From contig JAQGDQ010001195.1 in assembly GCA_030141605.1 (NCBI GenBank), positions 1-56,093 of the forward strand: 56,093 nt of DNA. Reading direction: 5' to 3'. The notes beneath the pieces were generated by a model, which worked only from the letters and a program-made list of their open reading frames with translations, did not search any database and had not been told where the DNA came from. Below, in pieces: positions 13,765 to 26,631 of this stretch. The first letter of the stretch is position 1, and each line of letters opens with the position of its first letter. This stretch comes from Tubiluchus corallicola. Its lineage: Eukaryota > Animalia > Priapulida. The position numbers and the translations under genes were made by a program.

Positions 13765-14984
13765 TAGAAGAGAAAATCGTTAGTAATTTAAATGTTTTCG
13801 CCAAGTGGTAAAATGACAATGACTCGACTTCCCAGTGTGCACTGCTGGCTCACTAAAATGTATTTTGGATTTATTGACAAGACACAGTAATTTGTATTTT
13901 TGCTAGTGAAACTGCTTTAAGTGACGTGTGTACTATGAATGCTCTGATTAATTTTTCAAATTTTACGTAATGTTATCAAAACTGGCTTCAAATGATTTAC
14001 AGTTAAAATAGCTGCGCCTAACGGTCATCCACGGAGTTTAAATTTTCAAGATTTATGCAGCTTTGCTACTACTACAAGCTCTGAATGCAATAAGATATGG
14101 ATTTCACGCCAATTTTTTTAGTTTTATGTACTTTCTTGTCCTTTAATAGACTGAGTTCTAGTCATTGTCTTGCTTTTAGTTGTTAAGTTATAATACGCAA
14201 GAATGGAATCTTTGCAAAGACAGGACTTTTCCTTCTGTTCTGTGACGTCATCGCTGCTAATACAAGCTCTGCATGCAATAAGACAAAATGTAGATGACAT
14301 AAATTTTTAAGAAGTTTTTAGTGTTATGTAAGTAAATGGTTTTCTTGTGCTTTAAACTGTCTGGATATTTTGCCACATGGTAATTATAAAGATACGTCAT
14401 TTCTTCATTATTTTTTATTTTTATTTATTTATTTTTCCTTATTATTTCACTTTATTTTATTTTACTCAGCCACCGATGCCAAAAAGTTTTCGACTGACTG
14501 ACTGACTAACTGACTCTCCAACTGCAGCACAAAATCTATTAAATCTAACCTAAATCTTAACTTCTCCTCTAGTATAATAGTATTTTTATTACTTCCCACC
14601 CGTATTTATATTTGTATATATTGTAATATTCTATCTGTACGTATTGTAATTTTTTCGCAACTAATTCTAGTGGCCTACCATAAGCTAGCTTCTTAGGTCT
14701 CTAGCGCAGAATTCATGAATTGTATCATAATTTGTATTAACAAAAACTATTATCGATGCACACGTAATGTATATGTTTTATGTTTATTGCGAAATAAATC
14801 TATTAAATCTAATCTAAATCTAATCTACTTTTCAACACATAACAAGCTGCAAAAAGCTCTTTTTGTATCTAACATTGGGTGTAGTTGTCAGGGGGAGGGG
14901 GTGGGGGTAATTATTGATACTAACCCAAAAAACAATTTAGCAATCAAATAATTTAAATTTTCTATTTCTTATTATATTTTCAAG

Positions 14985-15100
14985 CCACGTTTGAACTTTG
15001 TGAACCTGGATTTCTCGTGAACTTCGAAGAGCAGCAGGATACAGACTACATAAAGCTTGAAACTCCGACTGATGATATATCAGAGTTTACAGTGTGTCAG
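14985..15100 (+). CDS. Pentraxin-domain gene exon, start of the domain
   Basis: ttttcaag|CC ACG... TFELCEPGFLVNFEEQQDTDYIKLETPTDDISEFTVCQ|GTAAAA; fits the pentraxin 'F...TDY..L......FTVC.W' pattern. Confidence 0.8.
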
Positions 15101-15119
15101 GTAAAAATTAAGTATCCGA

Positions 15120-15735
15120 TTTCTTTCTGAGATTTTGCAATGCGTAATTTCTATCCAGAAAGCGTGTGTTCTCAATACTACAGGTTTTACATGTCAAATG
15201 TAAAACCTATTATCTCTGACGACCTCGAGAACACAAAACAACATATCAGGGATTCCGAAAGAACTAAACTGTGCACCTATCTCTATCTGAATCCCGAACT
15301 ATCTGTTAGTGCAATGTATAGCGTTAAAGTAAATGAGCTCCATAGGATTAAAACATCTCGGTTACGCCTCTCCTCACATAACCTAGCTATTGAGACTGGA
15401 AGATGGGCAAGGATAAAAAGAGAGGACAGGCTATGCTCCTGTTCTGGCTTAAACATTCAAACAGAAGAGCATGTTATCTGTTTTTGTCCACTTACTAATC
15501 ACCTTCGTGAAGATAACACTGAATTGAGCTTCAACGATTTGCATGAATTTTTCAATGGAAACCCAAAGTCATATTGTGAATCTGTAAATAACTGTTTAGC
15601 GATTTTTGGACAGTAATTTATGGACAGACATGTTATATGATCAAAAGTCCTTTTTTGTAGTGATCTATGGACTGAACTAAAGTATCATGTTCGACTATCT
15701 CGTATTCAGTCAATAAACATATATATATATATATA
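15120..15735 (+). mobile_element. 5'-truncated non-LTR retrotransposon (ORF2 C-terminus and 3' UTR)
   Basis: ORF 15140-15616 has RLRLSSHNLAIETGRW..REDRLCSC...TEEHVICFCP (LINE C-terminal CCHC region), followed by AATAAA and an (AT)n tail. Confidence 0.8.
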
Positions 15736-15957
15736 GACCTACGTTAAGTCAAATGTAGACTTAGGTGGTTAAAATGTGTTAACAATGGTTTTCAACAAAT
15801 CTTGAGTGCTTTTGGTAAGTCAAATGTTTACATGGATAGCAAAAATCAGACTCTGATACCCTTTTCCTTATACCCGTCAAGTACCCAGGTACCCGATTGA
15901 TAAGACTCAGCAGCAGTGGAGAAATTGTAATGATTTACGTTCATGAATAAAAACAAC

Positions 15958-16668
15958 GGCGCGCTATTACACTTTTGCACCTCCTAGTTTTTTCTGGCCT
16001 ATTGGTTGTTTTCACGCCTGCAGGCCAGAAAGCAGACCAACAGGCATAATATACACCATATTCCCATAATATTATTGCTTTTTACGCTTTATAATTCCAG
16101 ATTAAAATCATACATTACTTACCTTCACCAACACGCAAGAAGCTCCACGTGCATATCTGTGTTTACACCACTAATGCGCAATCGCTCTCGCGCAGTGACG
16201 ATGTGGCCCTTAACATCTATTTTTAGTTTCTTTGCATATTTTATGGGTTTTATTAGGGTTGCAGCTACGGGAGTTTGTATCGTATCGCGGGTGGGCCTGG
16301 AACGCACTACAGTTATTTATTATTAATTTTATTTATTACTGTAGTATTATTACTATTAGATTATAAAAAAGTAAAGGTTTTTTCTTTATTTCGTAATTGC
16401 GGTCAAGCTGAAAGTGTGTCACGTGCCTTTTAAGCTAGGCCCTGATAATGCATAAACTAGTACGAAATTTATCACGTGACTACACACACAAACATGATGG
16501 TGATACGAACTGTATAGTGTACAACTGTGAATACAACGTAATTATTGGTAATTATACACTAAATATATGAGTAAATTACCACGAGATTAGCGGAAACATT
16601 CACTGATGACGTGAGAATAATAGAATAATGACCTACGAGCCTAGAAACGAGTAATAACCTAGAAAAAA
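15958..16668. mobile_element. Degenerate copy of the TIR element at 37747-38478, right TIR lost
   Basis: Colinear similarity over ~700 bp. Confidence 0.8.
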
Positions 16669-16727
16669 CTGCATGTTGGGAGAAGTACATTGCAATGCTT
16701 ATTTTAGCAGCACTTTTTATTTTTCAG

Positions 16728-16858
16728 TGGATCAAACCAGATGCAAGTGTGAGGCTGCCCGATTTTCACACTCTAATTTCTTATTACCATGTGGAAAACT
16801 CTATACTGATAGCATTAAAAGATGATGAGTTGATGTTATACGTCAATGGACAGTTGGG
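16728..16858 (+). CDS. Pentraxin-domain gene exon
   Basis: ttttcag|WIKPDASVRLPDFHTLISYYHVENSILIALKDDELMLYVNGQL..|GTAAGT; supplies the W after FTVCQ; 3' phase (2) does not fit the next exon. Confidence 0.7.
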
Positions 16859-17570
16859 GTAAGTTGGGGAAACCGGGGCAACTTTTTGCATGCCCTGGTT
16901 GTTACAGCAGTTGTTTTTGCAACTAAAGACCATTGAACCACTGAGGTCAAATTGTTTAGCGATCAGCTCCAGGTTATGAAAGTCAATGTTCCTGTACTAA
17001 CTTATCAAAACTAGAGTGAATCTCGTTTGGGCTTTACGGTGACAAACAAAGTCATCATTTTGCTCAGCATAACTGTTTATTGTTTGTGTACCATCTTCAC
17101 GTCACGTGCCCCTTAGTCATTTATTTCATCATTTCTGACACTGTGACGCCATTACCCAAAATATTACATTTTATCTGAAATAAGATATATAAATTTCTTT
17201 AATAAACTAATTCGTTTCTTATCAAAAGATCGATTACGATTACGTGAAATTAATGAGAGACTTACAGTAAATAAAATAAATGACTAAATAAAATTAAGGT
17301 ACATCGTTGGCATTAAATCGTGAGTTCACAGAAACACGTCATCACATGAACACCTTGAAACTTAAATGACCGGAAATTTACTAGGATGCAAATATTGAGG
17401 CCAGGTGTCGCCACTTGTAACTGTATGGCTATATTAAATTTAACAAACAGAAATGCTTGACATAACTTGTACTTCTTTACTTGTCCTGTGCTGCGCATTT
17501 ATAAATATTACAACGTGTACTGCATAATTCTTTTCAGTTTTGGGTAGAGATTTGGTTTGTGTATTTCATG

Positions 17571-17711
17571 AGTTTGTATTTTTAGTGGATAGATGGCGCT
17601 AGCAGGTCGAGCGCGGTAAACAATAATCAACAGATAGTCGCAGTTTGTATTTTTAGTGGATAGATGGCGCTAGCAGGTCGAGCGCGGTAAACAATAATCA
17701 ACAGATAGTCG
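17571..17711. repeat. ~70-bp tandem duplication
   Basis: agtttgtatttttagtggatagatggcgctagc... at 17571 and 17642. Confidence 0.9.
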
Positions 17712-17988
17712 AATACATATGCGAACAAGTTATTTAAGATACAAGTAATGACTACTGTATTTACAAAATCCGTTGTTTTATCACATTTGTATTTTCGTCT
17801 TAAATAAAAACGAAGTTAAAACAACTACAACATCCTACTTGTTGAAACATTTGCCAAACTAACCAGCGTTACCAAACTTATCTTAAGGCAAAACAGCTAA
17901 CCTGTGCCAAATAACGAAAAGGTTTAGTAGTCTAATCTAATACATAAGTTGTACTGAACTTGAGTTTTAGTAATTCAAGTATTGTTAT

Positions 17989-18393
17989 TAGGGGTGAGCG
18001 TTCTCTACCAGAAAGCGAATTCGAATCGAACCGAATTTGTGGCTTTCGAATTCGAATTGAACCGAACTTCAGTGTTTCGGATTCGAACCGAATTCGAATT
18101 AAGATGAAAGATTTTCGAACAAATTTTCGAACCACCAGTAAAAATTAGTCTTACAAAGATCATGCATATCACTAGATTTTGTTCTGCAATAAAACGACTA
18201 GTAATTTGTTTAAACTTGTGCACAGAAATCACAGCTAAATCACGCTAATTGCATGATGTTTCAATCGTTTTAGTGATAAAGGACATATGTGATTGAAGTG
18301 CTGAATTATTCGAATCTACAGTTTTGGATTCGAATCGAGTCCGAACTAAAAAACTCTTTCGAATCGAATTCGAGCGTTCGATGCTCACCCCTA
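17989..18393. mobile_element. hAT-like MITE with subterminal TTCGAA repeats
   Basis: TIR TAGGGGTGAGC / GCTCACCCCTA; many ttcgaa/tcgaat motifs near both ends; no clear TSD. Confidence 0.65.
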
Positions 18394-18856
18394 GTGTACG
18401 GGACTGCGTTCGTCAACTTGTGTCATAGGCCCAATTTAACGTGTGGTTTCCAGCTGACATGTGAAAGTCTTCTGATGATGATGATGCCAGCCGTGTTGTT
18501 AGCAATAATAGCCGTTGTTTTTTTGCATTAATATAGATATTTTTGATTGCATTTTCATCCTTCAGTTATTTAAAGTTGATTAGTGAATTTTAAACAGACC
18601 AAGTTGCTAAGTAAAATAGTAATAATGGAATTTCACTACTATCATGAGTGAAATAGTTACAGTGTCATCCCAATAATCACATACACCCATTGAAGGATGG
18701 CTTGACTAGTTGACCTTCTTGGTCTTTTGCCATCCTATTTGCATTGTGATAATTAAATACATTTACTTGCCTCAGTTGTGTCATGAATATGGAAATAAAT
18801 GCACGTTTTGAATTGAATTGAATTGATAGTGTAATCTACTTTGCTGACATTTGCAG

Positions 18857-18978
18857 GGATTTTACAGCCGATAATGCTGTATCCCTCTTTAATGGGGAGT
18901 GGCACCACGTTTGCGTTGCCTGGTCGAGTAGCATTAATCAATATGATATGTATATTGATGGAACCCTGGTGACAAGCA
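18857..18978 (+). CDS. Pentraxin-domain gene exon containing the family signature
   Basis: ttgcag|GFTADNAVSLFNGEWHHVCVAWSSSINQYDMYIDGTLVTS|GTAAGT; HxCxxWxS pentraxin signature. Confidence 0.88.
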
Positions 18979-19155
18979 GTAAGTATAAAAGCTTTTATTA
19001 CAAAACCAGTTATGGACAGTGTTTAGCTTCAGATAAGAATTCATTCACATGTCTGTTTCTAAATTGACACTGTTGGCATACGGACTATTTAGTGTGGAAT
19101 CAGGCAGCATTTTGAGTGCCGGAGTTTTGATGGTTCAAGGCGGTTACAGAATGTA

Positions 19156-19587
19156 CAGTCATTTGCAAAAGTTTAAGACCAAAGTGATTTTTATACAAAA
19201 ACTGACAAAACCATCGTTTAACACGGTTCCATCTAAAAACTATTCATGTATTCTTCTAGAAAAATATACTACAGCATAGTTTGTATGTTTTTATCCAAAA
19301 ATAGTCACAGTCCTTGAACATTTTAGTACTTTGTATGGCCGCCGAAGTTGTCAATCACTGCCTTCATTCTAAGAGGCATACTGGAAATTAGGTTTTGGCA
19401 GTACTCGGAAGTAATTTCTTTAACCCAAACGTCCTTGATAACTCTTCGCAAGTCTTCAGCACTTGATGGCTGCCTGTCTGACCACTAGCAGTATGATGCA
19501 ATCAACAAAGAATCTGATGCAATCAGGGTACAGTATGATGAAAAACCCGAAAACTCGAGCTTGGTCTTAAACTTTTGCAAATGAATT
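19156..19587 (-). mobile_element. Tc1/mariner deletion derivative, shorter inverted copy of 13077-13764
   Basis: Same TIRs; reverse-complement match with a larger internal deletion. Confidence 0.88.
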
Positions 19588-20559
19588 TACATAGCTGGAT
19601 TTAAAACGATTATGGATAAGCTATTAAATTCATATTTTAATCGTGATTTACATCTTTAGCTACATGCCTGTTATGACATATAAGTGTTGATTATAAAACA
19701 GCACGAAAAGACGGAATTGGTACAGCATAACAGTTTATAGCATAATAATGGTGTAACATAACTCGCCATAAAAAGAACTAAAAAACGACCCAAGCAATGG
19801 AAACAATGGAATGAACGTAACCTCTGTAGCACAATGCGAGAAAAGGACAACAAAAGCAGCACAAGAAGCACAATGAATAAAATAATTCGTTGTATTGGTT
19901 GTGTAAAGCTGATTATTGGTGTTTTACGGATGGCAAAACTATGAAGAGTCAGATTATAAAACTACACGTTTATTGAACATCAAACACAATAAATATAACA
20001 GATAGTAATGCCAAGCCCCCTGACCTAGCCTCCACTCCTTCAGCTCCCAGACTCAATCCCCTGAGCTGGGCGCATCACAAGGCTTATATATCGTGCGCGG
20101 AGCTTCGACACCTACGCTTCAGTTCTGAATCACTTGATCACGTGACACCACACCTTAACTGGGCTTCATACCAGCATTCATCAGCATAATTATCTATCAT
20201 AATCTAACGCTTTTAACATAGTTTAACAGGTCCTCTTTTACTCAATGAATTGCAACAATAATTGATTTTATATTGATTTTTAAAATTTACTTTTCTAAGC
20301 AAAACACACTATATGTACAATACTAGCCAGTTCAATGACTATCATATACCAAAAGTGAGAACTGACCTTATGAAACATTTTACTGGTTATCAGCAGGGGC
20401 GGATGCAGAAAGGGGTGGGCCCAATGAAAAAGCAACTAGGTGGTCTGGGGAGCCCCAGCTGCCAATGCATTTTATTGCATTTTTTGGAAAACTTATACCT
20501 CTTGTTTGTGGAAATCCGAAGTAGGCTATGCGTGGTGCTGGTTATGGTTAGACAGTCCG

Positions 20560-20900
20560 TTCAAAGGTTCAACGATGGGTATTTAGAATTCGTGCAAGAG
20601 CCACGGTGTCCATCGATGGGCCTTTTCCCAGACCCAACTGTCGATTTTTATATTTTTTGATAATATAAACAGCCTATAGAAAAACGCTCTAACGGCGCCT
20701 AGTGGGACTCTCCGAAGGAGATATATAGCTCTTTAGAAAAAGGAGATACCGGGCTACAAGATCGTTCGGGTCGCAGTTTAGGACGCTTCCACCAGGAGGC
20801 ACACCTATGAGTTGATTAGAGGCTCTATTTCGGAAGATTATCGCTTAGAAAACTGCTGACGCAAAGTCATTGTTCTGATTATATTCTGTCTATAATTTTG
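20560..20900 (+). mobile_element. Internal fragment of the Helitron family, diverged
   Basis: Matches 6410-6740 (atttagaatt, gacccaact, gtgggactc, cgcttagaaaactgctgacgcaa). Confidence 0.7.
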
Positions 20901-20989
20901 TCTGCAAACACTGTGTAGAATGTCTGTGCATTCTATAAATATAATCATCTATTTCATCCATTTGTCAAACCGCCTAATGTTTGCTGCAG

Positions 20990-21154
20990 GTAGTTACGCG
21001 ATGGCACAACCTCCCATACCTTCTGGAGGATGCCTGATCTTTGGTCAAGATCAGGATGGCGGTCCAGAACAGGGATTTAATGTCGGTCAGAGTTTCCAGG
21101 GAATGGTCACAGATCTTATTTTCATGTTGGACTACCTGGATGGAGCTACTATAG
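20990..21154 (+). CDS. Pentraxin-domain gene exon (phase 1-1)
   Basis: ctgcag|..SYAMAQPPIPSGGCLIFGQDQDGGPEQGFNVGQSFQGMVTDLIFMLDYLDGATI|GTACAG; GQ(E/D)QD..GF...QSF.G calcium-site motif. Confidence 0.9.
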
Positions 21155-21372
21155 GTACAGTACTACTGAATTAGGGAAGATGGAGACGATGCAAATGATG
21201 AATCTAAATCTTAAAACATTCTTTAAGTGATAGAGACATGTGACATTTTCATTGTCACCATCATCGTCACCATCATCTTGAACATTATCGACCATGACAC
21301 ATCAAATTTAACAGAGAGCATAAAAGTAGGCTAAAGTTTGCATATCTTCACACAAGAAATTAGATAATGAAG

Positions 21373-22024
21373 AGGATTAGGATTAGGATTAGGGCTAGGA
21401 TTAGGATTAGTGTACGGGTTAGTGTTAGCATTGGGGTTAGTGTAAGGGTTAGAGTTAGAGTTAAGCTTGGGGTTACGATTAGGTTTAGGGTTGGGGCTAG
21501 GGTGAGGGTTAGGATTAGGTTTAGGGTTGGGGCTAGGGTGAGGGTTAGGATTAGGTTTAGGGTTGGGGCTATAGTTAGGGTTAGGATTACAATGAGGGTT
21601 AGGATTAGGATTATAATTAGCGTTAGGATTAGGTTTAGGGTTGGGGTTAGGGTAAGGGTTAGAGTTAAGCTTGGGGTTACGATTAGGTTTAGGGTTAGGG
21701 TTAGGATTACAATGAGGGTTAGGATTAGGATTAGGGTTAGGATTAGGATTAGGGTTAGGATTACAATGAGGGTTAGGATTAGGTTTAGGGTTGGGATTAG
21801 GGTTAGGGTTAGAGTTAAGCCTGGTATTATGATTAGGTTTAGAGTTGGGGCTAGGGCTAGGATTAGTGTTAGAGTTAAGGTTGGGGTTACAATTAGGTTT
21901 AGGGCAAGGATTAGGGTTAGGGTTACGGCTAGGGTTAGGATTAGAGTTACGGCTAGGGTTAGGATTAGAGCTACGGCAAGGATTAGGATTAGGGTTACGG
22001 TTAGGGTTAGGGTTAAGATTAGGG
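21373..22024 (+). repeat. Degenerate telomere-like hexamer array (TTAGGG/TTAGGA variants), intronic
   Basis: Directly visible; explains the NPNP/LTLT/RVRI ORFs. Confidence 0.92.
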
Positions 22025-22511
22025 TATATATAAATTGTGTGGAGAATTGTAAACAACTTCTTAAAATTGATATTTTTATATATTTCAAATCACATTTATA
22101 AACTGGAATCTTAACTTACAATATAATCTTAATTTACCTTAAAAAGAATAAATTGTTTTTGTTTAGAAGACAAAAAATAGCACTAAATGATATGAAACTA
22201 CTTATCAATATAATATAGTGACTTTTACCATATTAACTTTATTTTTACTATATTGCCTTTACTCTATTAACACTTATCGGTGGCGATTGGCAAAAAAAAT
22301 CTGTATCTATTTGTAAAATAACACAGTCGGCTTGACTTAAAGTGGAAGAAAACGCCATTTTGAAGTACGTCCCAAAACATTTCCCGCGCAAAGTTATATT
22401 ACTTTGCATTTTACTTGCCTGCGGGAAAGATTTGTGTAGCAAGAAGAGAAAATTTTTAATTATTTAAAATGTTTAACACTTTGATTTTTATTGATTTTTT
22501 TTTCATTTCAG

Positions 22512-22885
22512 CTCAAATGGCTACCACCTGTTATAATATAGGCACCACGGCTGACTTGATCATGTGGACAGAAGCTGAGGTCATCAGTCGCTTGAGGGGG
22601 AACCTTGAAATCATGTCCCCAAACACCTGTCCTCTAGGAGCCAACGCGGAGTTGTGTCTGGCAACTCCGCTAACCGAGGACCAAGTGCAGTTACTCAATG
22701 ACTTTATCACTTACGTCATTCACAACAACGACCTGACCGACAACAGATTGAACTGGTTAACACAGAGTAACAACTGGTTGCTTCGGGATAATGAAGTTAC
22801 TCAAGATCAGGTCAGATGGTTGACTGAGAAAGTTAATTATCTGGTGAAAGACAAGGAGCACAACAAGTACCCTTATATTCAATGA
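22512..22885 (+). CDS. Pentraxin-domain gene terminal exon: end of domain plus heptad-repeat tail
   Basis: tttcatttcag|CT CAA ATG (phase 1 fits); AQMATTC...DLIMW...TCP then NWLTQSN/NWLLRDN/../RWLTEKV/NYLVKDK; TGA at 22883; AATAAA at ~23010. Confidence 0.85.
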
Positions 22886-23717
22886 ACACATTCATAATTT
22901 ATAGTCGAATGTTTTTTGGTAACTCAAATGTGACTTAGGTAAGTCAAATTTAGACATAGAATTCTACATTTTCTTTCTCAACGTTTTACAAAAAATGTCG
23001 GTAGAAAAGAATAAATCGGTTCCCACTTCCCAATGAACAGTGAATCACTAATTAGTGTTTTAAGTAATGCATTAGCACTGCACTAATGAATTAGTTTCTC
23101 TCAAGAAACATTGTTTATTTTAAGAATGTATTGTTTTCTCTAACTGTTCAAATGGTATGAAAAGTTTGCAGAATATTAGTGAACTATTAGTAGGCCTATA
23201 ACGTTGTTATTTTAACTTAAGAGCAATTATTAAATTGAAAATTAAGGAAGATTAAATTTAACATCCTTAAACTTTAACACCTATCCACATTTGAGATACC
23301 AATGTCACATTTGACTTGACATGTGTCTACATTTGACTTACCAAAAGCGCTCAAGATTTGTTGAAAACCATTGTTAACACATTTGAACTACCTAAGTCTA
23401 CATTTGAGTTACCAAGACACATTTGAATTACGTAAATCTACATTTCAGTTACCAAGACACATTTGAATTACCTAAATCTACATTAGAGTTAACGCAGGTC
23501 TACATTTGACGTGTAAAACCTATAGTTAAGTTGCAGTGGTGAGGCACTTGACCTTTGACCCACAGCAATTGCGCATGCGCGAATACAATATAATAGCTAG
23601 CTGCTATATTAACAGTACTTACGTAAATTGGTACGTTAGAATAGAATAAAGGGGACGCTAAACCTGAACTTATAAAGAAAATAAACAAAGCTTGCAAAGT
23701 TACATCTATATATTAAT

Positions 23718-23990
23718 ACTAGCGGCGCCTGGTGGGACTCTCAGAAGGAGACATATGGCTCTTTAGAAAGAGGAAGAACAGGGCTACACGATGATGTGGG
23801 CTATATTTTAGGACACGTCCACTGAGAGGATTAACGACGAGTTAATTAGATGTTCTATTTTCGGCAATTTTCGCTTGAAAACCTGCTGACGCAAAGCCAT
23901 TGTTCTGACGTCATCCATTATACTCTGCTTATAACTTTATTTCAGTAAAAGCTGCTACTACTGGCTTTGCGCTGTAAATGAGGACTATGT
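23718..23990 (+). mobile_element. Helitron family internal fragment
   Basis: Matches 6534-6840. Confidence 0.75.
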
Positions 23991-24151
23991 ATTTCTATAG
24001 CAAACCAGTAACTGCGGCTGTAAGAATGTACCTAAGTCACGATATGATACATATCACAACACTTACGTTACGATAAAAACTGACAGTCAGGAAGTGAATA
24101 CTAGGTCATGTCCCAGGTGGTTTAACAACAGTCTGCAGGCAAATTTAGAAT

Positions 24152-24210
<59 letters not shown>

Positions 24211-24994
24211 CAGACAGACAGAGAGACTATAAAACTCAGAAAACAATTTCTCAAAAGACAAGAAAAGTTTATGAATAATAATAATAATATTGTGTAAATA
24301 TATTCGTATTTACATGATAAGCCTAACTTTTATAATGTCAACAAATTTTCACTTTTATGAAAAAGAACACACGACGTTTTGGGTGTTGTACTACCTTTTT
24401 CAAATAATCAGTAAAACGGAGTTAATTAAAATTTAAAAAAATAAATTAAGTTTATAGTGACTTTTGAAACACCGTATACTGTATATCTTGGGCCTGAACC
24501 TTCGGTACAGCAAAATGCAGTTATAACAAAGCTTTGTTAATAATTTTAACGTATTAATAATACTGGTCAGGTTTTTGCAACATATTATGTTTTATATTAT
24601 ATTATATTTTTATATTTATTTTGTACTGATTATATTCGTTGTAGTTACAATAAAAATGAATAAAAATTCTAAAAAAATGCTAAACCATTTTTATTGTTAA
24701 GATTCTTGTGTTTCTAGTGTTAAGTTTGTTACTGATTTAAAGGGGAGGAAAAGGTATTTTAAAGTATGGAAGGGGGTTACAATTTAAATACCCCAACCCC
24801 AACCCAACAATAACTGTATCATTAACACATACCTGCCCCCAAAAAATTGCATTTAATAATTTTCCTATTTTTTTCTTTTAATATTTTGTCGCCACAATAG
24901 CAGTTCAAAGTGTTCTCTTTTGTTCTTGATCCTGAGATTTTTCATTAGTTGCACCTGTCCTTGTAATTGTTATGCACATACACGTTTCCCAACC

Positions 24995-25390
24995 TGTAAA
25001 ATTTGGTCTTGCCCCTTTAACTGTCATCAGTCATGTGACCAGGTAGTTGGCCAGGTAGACATTACCTGACATGCAATTCAATTGATATGATGTGAATGTT
25101 GTAGTTGATTTCTTATTGTGTTTCTTGCAAGTTATAAGTGCCAAAACTCAGAGAGACCACCTGTAAGTGTCTAATCATGTTTATTGAACTGCTTTATGCT
25201 ATTAGAACAATTTCGCTGTTATTTTTTTGTGTAATTATTGACGAAAATCACGTAACCTAATTTAGTAATTTACCTGTATCAAACTTATGTTTTTCGCTGA
25301 AAACTCATTGGTGTAATTTATTATTACAGATAAAACAACAATTGCTGCATATTAAACATATTTGATGTTCTGGAGTTTAAATGTAGTACA
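24995..25390 (+). mobile_element. Possible solo LTR of a second, diverged BEL/Pao family
   Basis: TG...CA ends; shares the ordered motifs ttgcccct, gtcatgtgacca, cacc.tgtaagt, cagat.aaa and tg.tgtt..ggagttt with the LTR at 30051; no TSD found. Confidence 0.4.
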
Positions 25391-25615
25391 GTAATTAAGA
25401 ATTAAAATTGAACTACAGTCTTGTCATTTTGGGACTGCAAAACAGTTTGCAAAAGGCGAGTTTGGCATTATAACAAGGTGCATTAATACATATGAATATT
25501 AATATTAATACATATTAATACATGCATGTCTTTGCAAATATGGATAAAAATCTGGGCGTTAAGCGAGGTTGGCTTTCTAAACCGGACATTAACTGTAAAT
25601 TAATTAATTAATTAA

Positions 25616-26043
25616 GAGTGTCCCGTAACGGGCGTTTTCCCAGACCCAACTGGCGTTTTTTTTTTTGAAATTTTGGTCAAACAGCATGCGGATAAAACGT
25701 TCTAGCGGCACCTGGTGGGACTCTTGGAAGAAGATATATGGCTCTTTAGAAAAAGCTAGAACAGGGCTACACGATGGTGTGGGCTATATTTTAGGATACG
25801 TCCACCAAAAGGAGTACTGACGAGTTAATTAGATGTTCTATTTTCGGCAATTTTCGCTTAGAAAACTGCAGCAAAGCCATTGTTGTGACGTCATCCATTA
25901 TACTCTGCCTATAACCTTAATTCAGTAAAAGCTGCTGCTGCAGGCTTTGCATTAGGTAAGTAAACAAACACTAGGTAGCATGTTCGCGTATTTTTGATTA
26001 TACGTGTATTTAAACGTAAAATTTTTTGCGGGGCCTTTGCTAG
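25616..26043 (+). mobile_element. Non-autonomous Helitron, 3' half with terminus
   Basis: Matches 7270-7742; ends cgtaaaattttttgcggggcctttgCTAG|T. Confidence 0.8.
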
Positions 26044-26134
26044 TTAATTAATTAATTAAACGTGGTCTGACTGTAAAAATGCAAAACAAACAAAAATTAT
26101 TCGTAACTAGAATACTAAAATATTTCATTTGTCT

Positions 26135-26367
26135 CTGCCAAGGCCACAGTCACACTGCCAAGGCCACAGTCACACTGCCAAGGCCGCGGTCACACTGTCA
26201 AGGCCACAGTCACACTGCCAAGGCTATGGTCACACTGTCAAGGCCACGGTCACACTGCCGGTCACACTGCCAAGGCCACAGTCACACTGCCAAGGCCACA
26301 GCTACACTGCCAAGGCCACAGTCACACTGCCAAGGCCACAGTCACACTGCCAAGGCCACAGTCACAC
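26135..26367. repeat. 20-bp minisatellite GCCAAGGCCACAGTCACACT (~11 copies)
   Basis: Directly visible; starts at the splice donor of the G6PD-like exon. Confidence 0.93.
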
Positions 26368-26569
26368 CTTATAACGGCTGCCGTATGTCAGATCCAGTTC
26401 CATTTCCTCAGCGCCGAACGACATGCCGGGTGTCTTCGTCATCATCTTGCAGTAAACGGCCTCGTTGGGCTGCACACGTACGACCAGTTACGCTTCGTCG
26501 CCTGCTGAAATATATCCCCCGGTACGTCTTTGAACTGGATGCGAATCTCCGCTTTTCTCTCGTTAAGTG
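26368..26569 (-). pseudogene. G6PD: Glucose-6-phosphate dehydrogenase exon fragment with a frameshift
   Basis: Minus strand tttttcccag|[68 protein letters not shown]|GTGTGA; conserved RNELV is broken by an apparent 4-nt deletion at ~26487; absent from the ORF track. Confidence 0.9.
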
Positions 26570-26631
26570 CTGGGAAAAACACCAGGGATGAGAATTACAA
26601 ATTGCAAAATGAAGCAGGCCGTAGCCAGCAA

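Noticed and set aside
21331-22101. NP-, LT- and RV-repeat proteins
   Set aside because: Stop-free frames of a telomere-like hexamer array inside an intron
26079-26591. 170-aa plus-strand ORF
   Set aside because: It is the 20-bp minisatellite plus the antisense of the G6PD exon
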